Both the position numbers and the translations under genes were made by a program. From an uncultured Acidobacteriota bacterium (GTDB lineage Bacteria > Acidobacteriota > Thermoanaerobaculia > Gp7-AA8), in the NCBI GenBank assembly GCA_937870635.1, contig CALMZP010000167.1, positions 40,917 to 104,916 on the forward strand: a stretch of DNA of 64,000 nucleotides, in the 5' to 3' direction. The notes below the pieces were generated by a model, which did not search any database, was not told where the DNA came from, and saw only the letters and a program-made list of their open reading frames with translations. Shown here piece by piece: positions 52,103 to 63,990 of this stretch; within the stretch, counting starts at the first letter, position 1; each line of letters starts with the position of its first letter.

Positions 52103-53674
52103 ATGCTTCCGAAAACACTGCTGGCCATTCTCATTCTTGCGGCATCCGTGGCGAACGCTGCGGACTATGACGTGATCATCAGGAACGGGCGGATCATCGA
52201 TGGAACGGGCGCGCCGTGGTATCGAGGCGAGATTGCCATCAAGGGCGATTCGATTGCGGCGATGGGGCGCAGGATCGAAGGGACCGCTGCGCGCGAGATC
52301 GATGCGAAGGATCGTGTCATTGCCCCTGGATTCATCGATCTGCACACGCACGCGCGGCGGGGAATCTTCGAGGTGCCCGGCGCGGACAACTACATCCGGC
52401 AGGGCGTGACGACGATCTTCGAAGGTCCGGACGGCGGCTCACCGATTCCGATCGGCGAATTTCTCGACAAAATCGCCGCGGCAAAACCAGCTCCGAACTT
52501 TGCGACGTTCGTCGGCCAGGGAACCGTCCGCAACAGTGTCATCGGCTCGATCGACCGGAAGGCGACGCCCGACGAGCTCGCACGCATGAAGGAAATCGTG
52601 CGCCAGGCCATGCTCGACGGAGCCTGGGGGATGAGCACCGGCCTCTACTACGTGCCGGGCAGTTTCACGCCGACCGAGGAAGTGGTCGAGCTGGCGAAGG
52701 TGGCGGGGGCACTCGGTGGAATTCACATCTCCCACATGCGCGATGAGACGGCGAAAGTCCGCGACAGCGTCCGGGAGACGATCCGCATCGGCGAGGAAGG
52801 AAATCTCCCAACCCAGGTCACCCACAACAAGGTCCTCGGACAGCCGAACTGGGGCGCGAGCGTCGACACGCTGAAGCTCATCGACGACGCCCGCGCGCGT
52901 GGCGTCGATGTCACGAGCGACCAGTATCCGTACACGGCGTCGAGCACGTCCGTCACCGCTGCGCTGATGCCGGCGTGGTCGCTCGAAGGCGGCCGAAAGG
53001 AGATGCTGCAACGCCTCCAGGATCCCGCGGCGCGCCGGAAGATCATCAACGTGATGGTCGACAGGATCCGGAACGAGCGCGGGGGCGGCGATCCGAAGAA
53101 CATCCAGATCTCTTCGACCGACTTCGACCCTTCGCTCGCCGGAAAGAACCTGGCCGAGATCACGCGCGCGGCAGGGAAGGAGCCGACACCCGAGAACGCC
53201 GCGGCCATGGCGCTGCAGCTGATCGAGAAGGGAAGCGTTGGCGGCATCTTTCACGCGATGGCCGAGGCAGACGTGGAGCGCATCCTCCGTCACCCGGCGA
53301 CGATGATTGCTTCCGACGGGGAAGTGCCGGTCTTCGGCAAGTCGTCACCGCATCCGCGATCGTACGGGACGTTTGCCCGCGTTCTGGGCCGCTACGTGCG
53401 CGAGAAGAAGGTGATCACGCTGGAAGAAGCAGTGCGGAAGATGTCGTCAATGCCCGCCCGCCGGGTCGGCATTCGCGATCGAGGGATGCTGCAGCCCGGC
53501 TTCAAGGCCGACGTCGTGGTGTTCGATCCCGCGACGGTGATGGATCGCGCGACATTCGAGAAACCGCATCAGTACGCGGAGGGTTTCTCGCACGTGCTGG
53601 TCAACGGCGTGCTCGTGATCGATGACGGAAAGGCCACAGGGGAGCGGCCGGGGGCGGTGCTGCGGAGGAAGTAG
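52103..53674 (+). CDS. N-acyl-D-amino-acid deacylase (D-aminoacylase) family amidohydrolase, secreted
   Basis: Signal peptide plus the GFIDLHTH metal motif and full-length D-aminoacylase-like sequence. Confidence 0.85.
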   Translation: MLPKTLLAILILAASVANAADYDVIIRNGRIIDGTGAPWYRGEIAIKGDSIAAMGRRIEGTAAREIDAKDRVIAPGFIDLHTHARRGIFEVPGADNYIRQGVTTIFEGPDGGSPIPIGEFLDKIAAAKPAPNFATFVGQGTVRNSVIGSIDRKATPDELARMKEIVRQAMLDGAWGMSTGLYYVPGSFTPTEEVVELAKVAGALGGIHISHMRDETAKVRDSVRETIRIGEEGNLPTQVTHNKVLGQPNWGASVDTLKLIDDARARGVDVTSDQYPYTASSTSVTAALMPAWSLEGGRKEMLQRLQDPAARRKIINVMVDRIRNERGGGDPKNIQISSTDFDPSLAGKNLAEITRAAGKEPTPENAAAMALQLIEKGSVGGIFHAMAEADVERILRHPATMIASDGEVPVFGKSSPHPRSYGTFARVLGRYVREKKVITLEEAVRKMSSMPARRVGIRDRGMLQPGFKADVVVFDPATVMDRATFEKPHQYAEGFSHVLVNGVLVIDDGKATGERPGAVLRRK

Positions 53675-53697
53675 GGGTGGAGTGCGGCAGCAATAGC

Positions 53698-53800
53698 CTG
53701 TCATCCGGAGCGTGAGCGAGGGACCGGGGGGTTGGGTGGCACGAAGCACGATGTTTCGCGCCACCCGCCCCCCAGGTCCCTCGCTACGCTCGGGATGACA
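53698..53800. repeat. Long near-perfect hairpin (about 43-bp arms, 20-nt loop) 3' of both convergent genes
   Basis: cctgtcatccggagcgtgagcgagggaccggggggttgggtggc / loop acgaagcacgatgtttcgcg / ccacccgccccccaggtccctcgctacgctcgggatgacag. Confidence 0.8.
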
Positions 53801-53831
53801 GTGGAGCGCGGGCGACGTCGCCCGCGCTCCA
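53800..53831. repeat. Perfect 32-bp REP-like palindrome GTGGAGCGCGGGCGAC|GTCGCCCGCGCTCCAC
   Basis: This is the exact self-complementary sequence and serves as the archetype of the family. Confidence 0.9.
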
Positions 53832-53843
53832 CCCGTTCATCGT

Positions 53844-56315
<2,472 letters not shown>

Positions 56316-56410
56316 TTTTCCTCCGAGCTGGGATGAGAGTTTTTTGTTCGAGTGCCGCATCCGGAGCAGGCCAGAGGCTGGGCTCACGCAAAAGGCCGGC
56401 GGATTCTAGC

Positions 56411-56526
56411 AGAGAGGGAGGGTCACGTCTGCACTTGGCACTTTCTCCACGAACGGTAGATCGGCGAAGTCGTGGGGAATCTACCGCTCGTGGAGAAAGT
56501 GCCAAGTGCAGACGTGACCCTCCTCC
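56411..56526. repeat. Long near-perfect hairpin (about 45-bp arms, 20-nt loop) in the divergent promoter region between the two PPase genes
   Basis: gagggagggtcacgtctgcacttggcactttctccacgaacggtagat / cggcgaagtcgtggggaatc / taccgctcgtggagaaagtgccaagtgcagacgtgaccctcctccc (one mismatch). Confidence 0.85.
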
Positions 56527-56566
56527 CAGTATCATGCGCGGCCAACCACCCCTGAGGAGACGACCG

Positions 56567-58636
56567 ATGTCGAACTCGATCTATCTGATTCCGCTGGCCG
56601 GGGTCCTCGCCCTGATCTTTGCCCTGGTCAGGAGTTCCTGGATCAGCAGGCAGGACGCCGGGACGCCCGAGATGAAAGTCATCGCCGGCCACATCCGCGA
56701 AGGGGCGATGGCATTCCTCACCCGCGAATATCGCGTCCTGGCGGTATTCGTCGTCGTGGTCTCGGTCCTCCTCGCCTGGGCGAACGCCGCGCGCGCCGAA
56801 AGCTCCTGGCTGATCGGCGTCTCCGTGGCCACCGGCGCGTTCTGCTCGGCCCTGGCCGGCTGGTTCGGAATGAGCGTGGCGACGCATGCAAACGTGCGCA
56901 CGGCGGCAGCCGCGCGGACCAGCATGAACGGCGCGCTGCGCCTCGCATTCGCCGGCGGCGCCGTGATGGGCTTTGCCGTCGTCGGCCTCGGACTACTCGG
57001 ACTGTCGCTTCTGTACATCCTCTACGAGCGCTTGTTCGCCTCCGCCGATCCGCAGGCGACGATGATCCGCAACATCAACGTGCTCTCCGGCTTCTCGTTC
57101 GGGGCGAGCTCCATCGCGCTCTTCGCGAGAGTCGGCGGCGGCATTTACACGAAGGCGGCCGACGTCGGCGCTGACCTCGTCGGCAAGCTCGAGGCGGGAA
57201 TCCCCGAAGACGATCCACGCAACCCGGCCGTCATCGCAGACAACGTCGGCGACAACGTCGGCGACGTCGCCGGCATGGGCGCCGATCTCTTCGAGTCCTA
57301 CGTCGGCTCCATCGTCGGCACCCTCGTCCTCGGCATGGTGGCGACGCAGGTTGGCGGTTCCAGCTATACACCGATGCTCGTGCTCTTTCCGCTCGTGCTC
57401 GCGGCGGTCGGCATCGTGCTCTCGCTCGTGGGTACGACTCTGGTCCGGATGAAAGAGGACGGTGATCCCGGCCGGGCGCTGCAGGCGGGCCCGATCGTCG
57501 CCGCCGTTCTGACTCTCATCGCCATCTGGTTCATCGCGCAGCGCATGCTGCCGGGGACCTACCTGCTCGAAGGGAGAGAGTTCAACGCCACGGGCGTCTT
57601 TTTCGCTACCGTCGCCGGACTCGTCGCCGGCGTCCTGATCGGACTGATCACCGAGTACTACACGTCCGAGGCGCGTGGTCCGGCGCGCGGGATCGCGCGG
57701 GACTCGCTGACGGGCGCGGCGACGAACATCATCAGCGGGCTGGCGGTAGGCATGAGGTCGACCGCGCTTCCGATCGTCGTCCTCGTCGTGGCGATCATCG
57801 TCTCGTATCGCCAGGCGGGCCTGTACGGGATCGCGATCGCCGCGCTGGGCATGTTGCTCACCACGGGAATCCAGCTCGCGGTCGATGCCTACGGCCCGAT
57901 CGCAGACAACGCCGGCGGCATCGCGGAGATGAGCCATCTCGGCAAGGAAGTGCGGGCACGGACGGACAAGCTCGACGCCGTCGGTAACACGACCGCCGCG
58001 ATCGGGAAAGGGTTCGCGATCGGGTCAGCGGCACTCACTGCGCTGGCGCTCTTCGCGGCCTTCAAGGCGACCGTCGGTCTGAAAGTGATCGACCTCAGCG
58101 ACCCCGATGTCATGGGAGGCCTCTTCCTTGGCGGCATGATGCCGTTCCTCTTCTCGGCGATGTCCATGAAGGCGGTGGGACGCGCGGCGTTCAAGATGAT
58201 CGAAGAGGTACGCCGCCAGTTCAAGGAAATACCCGGACTGATGGAGGGGACAGGGAAGGCCGACTACGCGCGTTGCGTCGACATCTCCACGCAGGCCGCG
58301 ATCAAGGAGATGGTCATCCCGGGATTGCTCGCCGTCGTCGCTCCGGTCGTGGTTGGCCTGTACAGCGTTCCTGCGCTCGGCGGTCTGCTGGCGGGCGTCA
58401 CTGTGACGGGCGTGCTGATGGCGATCTTCATGGCCAACGCCGGCGGCGCCTGGGACAACGCGAAGAAGCACATCGAGGCGGGAGCGCACGGCGGGAAGGG
58501 CTCCGATGCTCATCGTGCCGCGGTGGTCGGTGACACGGTCGGCGATCCGTTCAAGGACACATCCGGACCGAGCCTGAACATCCTCATCAAGCTGATGTCG
58601 GTGGTGGCGCTGATCGTGGCGCCGCTGCTGATTTAG
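56567..58636 (+). CDS. hppA: Membrane-bound pyrophosphatase, K+-dependent subfamily (Ala in [10 protein letters not shown])
   Basis: [24 protein letters not shown] and [21 protein letters not shown] motifs. GGAGA RBS followed by an ATG at 56567. Confidence 0.9.
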   Translation: MSNSIYLIPLAGVLALIFALVRSSWISRQDAGTPEMKVIAGHIREGAMAFLTREYRVLAVFVVVVSVLLAWANAARAESSWLIGVSVATGAFCSALAGWFGMSVATHANVRTAAAARTSMNGALRLAFAGGAVMGFAVVGLGLLGLSLLYILYERLFASADPQATMIRNINVLSGFSFGASSIALFARVGGGIYTKAADVGADLVGKLEAGIPEDDPRNPAVIADNVGDNVGDVAGMGADLFESYVGSIVGTLVLGMVATQVGGSSYTPMLVLFPLVLAAVGIVLSLVGTTLVRMKEDGDPGRALQAGPIVAAVLTLIAIWFIAQRMLPGTYLLEGREFNATGVFFATVAGLVAGVLIGLITEYYTSEARGPARGIARDSLTGAATNIISGLAVGMRSTALPIVVLVVAIIVSYRQAGLYGIAIAALGMLLTTGIQLAVDAYGPIADNAGGIAEMSHLGKEVRARTDKLDAVGNTTAAIGKGFAIGSAALTALALFAAFKATVGLKVIDLSDPDVMGGLFLGGMMPFLFSAMSMKAVGRAAFKMIEEVRRQFKEIPGLMEGTGKADYARCVDISTQAAIKEMVIPGLLAVVAPVVVGLYSVPALGGLLAGVTVTGVLMAIFMANAGGAWDNAKKHIEAGAHGGKGSDAHRAAVVGDTVGDPFKDTSGPSLNILIKLMSVVALIVAPLLI

Positions 58637-58639
58637 CTC

Positions 58640-58800
58640 CAGTTTTATCCTGAAGAGATCCCAGTTCATCCTGAGGAGCTCGAGTTTATCCTGAGGAGCG
58701 AAGCGACGAAGGATCTCCCGGTGCACCGGCAGCGCCTGAAGATTGAGCGCTGCAAGTGCACCGGAGATCCTTCGCTTCGCTCAGGATAAACTTCCGAAAC
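58640..58800. terminator. Composite element: three direct 14-mers (TT[T/C]ATCCTGA[A/G]GAG), a GC-rich hairpin, then one inverted 14-mer
   Basis: ttttatcctgaagag / ttcatcctgaggag / tttatcctgaggag ... gcgaagcgacgaaggatctcccggtgcac...gtgcaccggagatccttcgcttcgc tcaggataaa. Confidence 0.5.
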
Positions 58801-58802
58801 CA

Positions 58803-59447
58803 CTACTCCGACGGATTCGCGTCTTCTCTCGCCTTGATGCTGATCTCCACACGGCGATTCAGCTGGCGACCTTCGGCGGTCTCGTTCGTCGACTTCGGCT
58901 GCGACTCGCCGAATCCGCGCGCAACGATGTGGCGGCTGGCGACACCCTGGTCGACGAGGTAGTCGCGGACCGAGTTCGCGCGGCGTTTGGACAGGTCGAG
59001 GTTGAAGTCGGCCGAACCGACGGAGTCGGTGTGGCCGTCGACCTCAATGTAGTTGATGTCCGAATAGCGGCCGAACGTGGTCGCGAGCTCACGAAGAGTG
59101 GCTCTCGACTCGGAACGAAGAGCGGATGAGTTGAAGTCGAAGAGAATGTCGCTGGTGAGGCGGACTTCGATCTCGCCTTCGGAAGGACGGCTGACTTCGA
59201 CGCCCTCGATCTGACGGAGCTCTTTCTCCTGCTGATCCATGCGCCGTCCGATGGCCGCGCCGATGGCGCCGCCGATGACAGCTCCCGCCACTGCGCCGGT
59301 ACGGTTGTTACCTGACTGGTTGCCGATGACCGCGCCGGCCGCGGCACCTGCGCCGGCGCCGACTGCCGCACCGGTCTGTGTCTTCGTGGCGCATGAGACC
59401 GCCAGAAGGCTCAACACTGCTATGACGACTACGAGTTTGCGAAACAT
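58803..59447 (-). CDS. OmpA-family lipoprotein with an N-terminal Gly-zipper segment
   Basis: LAVSC lipobox, then GAAVGAGAGAAAGAVIG, then the OmpA_C domain (FDFNSSALRSESRATL...NRRVEI). Confidence 0.8.
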   Translation of the reverse strand: MFRKLVVVIAVLSLLAVSCATKTQTGAAVGAGAGAAAGAVIGNQSGNNRTGAVAGAVIGGAIGAAIGRRMDQQEKELRQIEGVEVSRPSEGEIEVRLTSDILFDFNSSALRSESRATLRELATTFGRYSDINYIEVDGHTDSVGSADFNLDLSKRRANSVRDYLVDQGVASRHIVARGFGESQPKSTNETAEGRQLNRRVEISIKAREDANPSE

Positions 59448-59531
59448 GTACTCCTCCATCGTTCTGAAAAACAAAAGGGCGCTCCCGTGGGAGCGCCCTT
59501 CGTCTAATTCACGAACGATACCCGTTGCGGC

Positions 59532-60182
59532 TCAGGCTGCGTTCGCGCGGACGTTGATCTCGACCCGGCGGTTCAGCTGGCGGCCGCTGGCGCTGGCGTT
59601 CGACGCCCGGGGCTGCGATTCGCCGTAGCCGATCGCGTCGATGCGCGAGCCGCGAACGCCGAGGTTCTGCAGGTAGCGCTCAACCGAGGCGGCGCGACGT
59701 TCCGACAGGCGCTGGTTGTACGAGGCCGATCCGGTCGAGTCCGCATGCCCCTCGACCACAATCGTGGTGTCCGGGTAGTTCTGGAACACTTCCGCCATCT
59801 CCCGCAGCGCGGAGCGCGACGCCGACCGGAGAGCAGTGGAGTTGTAGTCAAAGAGCACTTCGTTGCGGACGGTGACCTTCAGCTCATCTTCGTCGACGCG
59901 CGTGACGTCGAGGCCTTCGATCTGCCGGAGCTCGCGCTCCTGCTTGTCCATCATCGCTCCGACGATGGCGCCGGTGGCCACACCGACGACGCCGCCGATT
60001 GCCGCGCCGCGCTTGGCGTTGCCACTCCCTCGGTTGTTGCCGAGGACGCCGCCGACGATCGCGCCGGCCACACCGCCGATGACGGCGCCCTTTCGGGTCT
60101 TGTCCCGCTCGGTGGCCACATCGGCGAAGGCAGGGGTGACTGCCAGGAGAGCGATCAACAGTGTTGCGAAGAGCTTGTTCAT
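59532..60182 (-). CDS. OmpA-family protein with a Gly-zipper (paralog of the previous gene)
   Basis: Same architecture; OmpA_C motifs FDYNSTALRS...NRRVEI. Confidence 0.8.
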   Translation of the reverse strand: MNKLFATLLIALLAVTPAFADVATERDKTRKGAVIGGVAGAIVGGVLGNNRGSGNAKRGAAIGGVVGVATGAIVGAMMDKQERELRQIEGLDVTRVDEDELKVTVRNEVLFDYNSTALRSASRSALREMAEVFQNYPDTTIVVEGHADSTGSASYNQRLSERRAASVERYLQNLGVRGSRIDAIGYGESQPRASNASASGRQLNRRVEINVRANAA

Positions 60183-60303
60183 GGTTTCCTCCGTTTGAAC
60201 CTGCCTCCACTATCGCAACCGGAATGCCACTGTCACAATAACTATGGACAGAAGGCCCGGGCTGGGAGCCGGCTGGGCGGGCGAGAGGTGTACCATTCGC
60301 GCC

Positions 60304-61467
60304 ATGGCGGCCGGTGTACCACTGATTGATGTCATCCATAAGTTACTGGAATCAAGCGACTTGACGTTCCATGACTTCATGGAGATGGCGCTCTATCACC
60401 CCGAACACGGGTACTACGCCCGGGCCGAAAACCCGGTCGGGAAGGAGGGTGATTACGTCACTTCGCCCAGTCTTTCGCCCCTCTTTTCGGATACGCTGAG
60501 CCTGCTGGTTACCGAATTTGCGAGCCGTGGCGGCGACGAGGTGTCCACGGTTGTGGACATTGGCTGCGGGGATGGCTCGCTCATCCATTCTTTATATGAC
60601 GCGGTTGGAGCGCGGGCGATCTCGCCCGCGACCGAGATGGCGGGCGAGATCGCCCGCCCTCCACGTTTCTACGGGGTCGACCGCTCTCTGAGTCGGGTCA
60701 AGAGAGGGGATGGCGTCCAATTTGCCGGAAGCCTGGCCGAGGTTCCGCGGGAGGGTCAGCATCTCCTGATCGCGAACGAGCTCTTTGACGCTCTTCCGGT
60801 CCATCGCCTGGTCCAGCGTGGCGAGCATCTTCACGAACTGTGGGTGACGGAGCGCAATGGCGAGCTCGACTGGAGCGAGCATGAGGCCCCTGCGGCATTC
60901 GAAGACTATTTCGCGGCGAGAGACATCGAACTGGCCGACGGCCAGTTCGTCGACGTCTCGCTCGAGTGGGAATCGCAATTCGAGGAGATGTGCGGTTTCT
61001 TACGTCGGGGCGTGATTGTCGTCTTTGATTACGGATACCCTGAAAAGAGACTCTTCGACCCGCGGGTTCGGCGCTTCGGCACTTCAGCGTCTTATCGACA
61101 GCAGCGCGTCTCTCGAGATCTTCTGGTCGATCCTGGCCTTCAGGACCTGACAGCACACATCAATTTCACGGATCTGATCCGCGCGGGCGAAAGGAAGGGG
61201 TTACGGACAGTCTTCTTCGATCGGCAGGCGAAGTTCCTTCTCGCCCTGGGCGGCGCGGAGCACGATCTGCTGCGGCCGATCGACCAGGGCATGGATCAGA
61301 GGAAGATCGCCTCGCTCGAAGGCGGACTGGCCTTTCTGCAGCAGCGCGAGGATGCGAAGCGGCTTCTGCTGCCGGACGGGATTGGAGAGGACATCCGGGT
61401 CCTCGTGCAGATCAAAGACCTCGACGATTCGGGGTGGTCTTTTCAAAGACCGCTCTTCAATCGTTGA
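60304..61467 (+). CDS. MidA / NDUFAF7-like SAM-dependent methyltransferase (DUF185) encoded immediately upstream of nuoA
   Basis: FHDFMEMALYHPEHGYY, DFVTSPxLSPLF-like and IANELFDALPVHR motifs. Contains an in-frame REP-derived insertion (AVGARAISPATEMAGEIARPP). Confidence 0.8.
   Translation: MAAGVPLIDVIHKLLESSDLTFHDFMEMALYHPEHGYYARAENPVGKEGDYVTSPSLSPLFSDTLSLLVTEFASRGGDEVSTVVDIGCGDGSLIHSLYDAVGARAISPATEMAGEIARPPRFYGVDRSLSRVKRGDGVQFAGSLAEVPREGQHLLIANELFDALPVHRLVQRGEHLHELWVTERNGELDWSEHEAPAAFEDYFAARDIELADGQFVDVSLEWESQFEEMCGFLRRGVIVVFDYGYPEKRLFDPRVRRFGTSASYRQQRVSRDLLVDPGLQDLTAHINFTDLIRAGERKGLRTVFFDRQAKFLLALGGAEHDLLRPIDQGMDQRKIASLEGGLAFLQQREDAKRLLLPDGIGEDIRVLVQIKDLDDSGWSFQRPLFNR
60604..60664. repeat. 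Paired REP-like palindromes located inside the MidA coding sequence, in-frame
   Basis: gttggagcgcgggcgatctcgcccgcg ... ggcgggcgagatcgcccgccctccac. Confidence 0.8.
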
Positions 61468-61525
61468 CTCCTGAGACGTCACGTTTACAATTACGGGCGG
61501 TCTCGACGATTCACAGCGAGTAAAG

Positions 61526-61885
61526 ATGGCGAACTACTCAGTATTGCTGGTGGCTGCGCTTGTTGTGCTCTCCGTTCCGATTCTCACCCTTTTCATCATC
61601 GTGCCCCTCGTGAGCGCGTATCGAGCGAACAAGGTGAAACTCGAACCGTACGAGTGCGGCGTACCGGCCACGTCTCTTGCCTTCGACCACCGCTTCTCGG
61701 TGCGTTACTTCCTGATCGCTGTACTCTTCATCATCTTCGACGTCGAGACGGTCTTTCTCTTCCCGTGGGCGATCCGGTTCAAACAGCTCGGCTGGTTCGG
61801 GGCTGTCGAGATGGCAATCTTTCTTGCGATTCTCCTGATCGGTTACTTCTACGCGTGGAAGAGGAAGGTTCTTTCATGGGTCTGA
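61526..61885 (+). CDS. nuoA: NADH-quinone oxidoreductase subunit A
   Basis: 3-TM subunit of about 120 aa with a conserved YECG motif (EPYECGVP). Confidence 0.9.
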   Translation: MANYSVLLVAALVVLSVPILTLFIIVPLVSAYRANKVKLEPYECGVPATSLAFDHRFSVRYFLIAVLFIIFDVETVFLFPWAIRFKQLGWFGAVEMAIFLAILLIGYFYAWKRKVLSWV

Positions 61886-62937
61886 TCGAGAATCGCTTCG
61901 ACTCGAACGTCCTCACCACCTCCGTCGACAAGATTTTCAACTGGGCCCGCAAGTCATCGCTCTGGCCGATGCAGTTCGGCCTCGCCTGCTGCGCGATCGA
62001 GATGATGGCCGTCCTCGATCCGCGTCACGACATGGCTCGGTTCGGCGCGGAGGTCTTCCGCGCCACGCCGCGCCAGGCGGATCTCATGATCGTCTCCGGC
62101 ACGGTCACGGAGAAGATGGCGCCGATCGTCCGCCGGCTGTGGGATCAGATGCCCGAGCCGAAATGGGTGATCGCCATGGGTTCGTGCGCGACTTGCGGCG
62201 GCCCTTACGATACCTACGCCGTCACGCAGGGCGTCGACCGCCTGATCCCTGTCGATGTCTATATCCCCGGTTGCCCGCCGCGCCCCGAGGCTCTCATCTG
62301 GGGGCTGATGGAGCTGCAGAAGAAGATCGAGAAGATGCACATCCTCCGCAAAGGAGGAGAGGCGTACGACTTCGCGCGCGCCGCGGTGCGCGATTCGCTC
62401 CGGCCGCAGCACGAAGGTCCCGCCCTTCGCGCCGAGCAGGCCGCCGCGCAGCTCAAGCCCGCACCGGTATCGGGCGTGAAAAGAGAGGCGAAGCCGAGTG
62501 GGGCGCGGGCGACCCCGCCAGCGCTTTCCGCTCCGGCCCCAACAACCGCGGGCGAGGTCGCCCGCGCTCCACAGGATGCTGCCACTTCCACGGCTGTCCT
62601 GGAAGCCGATGTGCAGCAGGCGGCGGCGCCGGAAGTCGTGCCGGGCGACACGACCGATGGTGCCTCTCCCGCTGTCCCTTTTCACAAGGAAGATCTCACC
62701 CTGCCCGAGCGCATGCAGATGGCCGAGCAGATGGGCGGCAAGTTCGAGACGAAGCTCTTCGCGGCGATGGCGCAGACCGATTGCGGTGCCTGCGGCTGGG
62801 ACTGCGAAGGGTACGCGAACGCCCTCGCTACGGGCGAGACGAAAGACATCTCTCTCTGCGTCCCCGGCGAAGCAGAGACGCTCGATGAGCTGAAGAAGCT
62901 GATGGAACAGGCAGGGAAGGAGTACGAAGGGGCCTGA
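61876..62937 (+). CDS. nuoB: NADH-quinone oxidoreductase subunit B (N2 cluster motifs CCAIEM...GSCATCGG...PGCPP) with a C-terminal extension of about 170 aa: an Ala/Pro-rich linker plus a Cys-rich putative Fe-S domain
   Basis: Canonical NuoB core up to about residue 185. The tail then runs ...[10 protein letters not shown]...[54 protein letters not shown] at 61876 overlaps the nuoA stop. Confidence 0.85.
   Translation: MGLIENRFDSNVLTTSVDKIFNWARKSSLWPMQFGLACCAIEMMAVLDPRHDMARFGAEVFRATPRQADLMIVSGTVTEKMAPIVRRLWDQMPEPKWVIAMGSCATCGGPYDTYAVTQGVDRLIPVDVYIPGCPPRPEALIWGLMELQKKIEKMHILRKGGEAYDFARAAVRDSLRPQHEGPALRAEQAAAQLKPAPVSGVKREAKPSGARATPPALSAPAPTTAGEVARAPQDAATSTAVLEADVQQAAAPEVVPGDTTDGASPAVPFHKEDLTLPERMQMAEQMGGKFETKLFAAMAQTDCGACGWDCEGYANALATGETKDISLCVPGEAETLDELKKLMEQAGKEYEGA
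62498..62572. repeat. Paired (left copy degenerate) REP-like palindromes inside the nuoB linker, in-frame
   Basis: gtggggcgcgggcgaccccgccagcgct ... aaccgcgggcgaggtcgcccgcgctccac, encoding [25 protein letters not shown]. Confidence 0.7.
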
Positions 62938-63926
62938 TGTCAGAGACCACCCCCCCTCCAGCCGCGCCGGCCGCGGCACCCGCCGGCCGCACGGCAAGCG
63001 ACATCAAGCGCGACCCGCTTGTTCTCGTCGCCGTATCGCGCGACTGGGAGGCCGTCACCGACGCGAAGGAGTTCGCGAACGAGATCACTCTCATCGTCGA
63101 TCGCGCTCGCATCGTCTCCGTCTGCCGTGCCTTCAAGGACGAGGGGTTCAGCTATCTCGTCGATCTGTCCGGCGTCGATTACTCGAAGTACCCCGGACAT
63201 GCCGGCCCGCGGTTCGGCGTGGTCTACACCCTCTATTCATTCAACGCCAACAAGCGCGTCAGGCTCCGCACCTTCACCGACGAGAACACCCCCATCCCGT
63301 CCGTGACGGACGTCTGGAAGACCGCGAACTGGCACGAGCGCGAGACCTTCGACATGCTGGGCATCCAGTTCGAAGGTCATCCGAATCTCGAGCGGATCCT
63401 CATGTGGGAAGGCTTCAACGGGCATCCGCTCCGTAAAGACTTTCCGATCCGCGGCATCGACACCGGCGCGCGCATCTATCCCGAGGTCTTCCCGCCCGGC
63501 GGAGGACCGAAACCGGGATCGACGGGCAAGGACGCGAAGGACGTCAATATCTTCCAGGGCGAATGGAACACCTACGGCACCTGGCCTGCCGCGCAGATCG
63601 CCGGACAGCGCGCCGCCGCGAAGACGCAACAGCCCGCAGCGCCGGAGCTCGCCGCGGTTGTCGCGGAAACGGCGAAGCCGACCCAGGAAGCGCCGTGGCA
63701 CAACCCCGATCTTCAGCTGCCCGAGCGGATGAAGATGGCCGAAAAGGGGAGCCTCAAAGACAAGCTCTTCGCGGCGATGGCCCAGACCGACTGCACCGCC
63801 TGCGGCTGGGACTGCGAAGGCTACGCAAACGCGATCGCCACCGGCGAAACCAAAGATCTGACGCTCTGCGTACCGGGCGAACAGGAAACGGAGGACATGC
63901 TGAAGAAGCTGATGTCTGCGGGCTGA
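62937..63926 (+). CDS. nuoC: NADH-quinone oxidoreductase subunit C (30 kDa) with a C-terminal extension of about 130 aa ending in the same Cys-rich putative Fe-S domain
   Basis: NuoC core (…WHERETFDMLGIQFEGHPNLERIL…). The tail runs ...LPERMKMAEK...[55 protein letters not shown] overlap with the nuoB stop. Confidence 0.85.
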   Translation: MSETTPPPAAPAAAPAGRTASDIKRDPLVLVAVSRDWEAVTDAKEFANEITLIVDRARIVSVCRAFKDEGFSYLVDLSGVDYSKYPGHAGPRFGVVYTLYSFNANKRVRLRTFTDENTPIPSVTDVWKTANWHERETFDMLGIQFEGHPNLERILMWEGFNGHPLRKDFPIRGIDTGARIYPEVFPPGGGPKPGSTGKDAKDVNIFQGEWNTYGTWPAAQIAGQRAAAKTQQPAAPELAAVVAETAKPTQEAPWHNPDLQLPERMKMAEKGSLKDKLFAAMAQTDCTACGWDCEGYANAIATGETKDLTLCVPGEQETEDMLKKLMSAG

Positions 63927-63990
63927 CGGTTAACGGTTAACGGTTAACGGTCGAAGGCGACCGTTGAACGCTGACCGGTGATCGTTCATG
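63927..63990. terminator. Heptamer-repeat hairpin (ACGGTTA)x3 ... imperfect complement, 3' of nuoC
   Basis: gacggttaacggttaacggttaacggtcgaaggcgaccgttgaacgctgaccggtgatcgttcatg. Confidence 0.45.
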
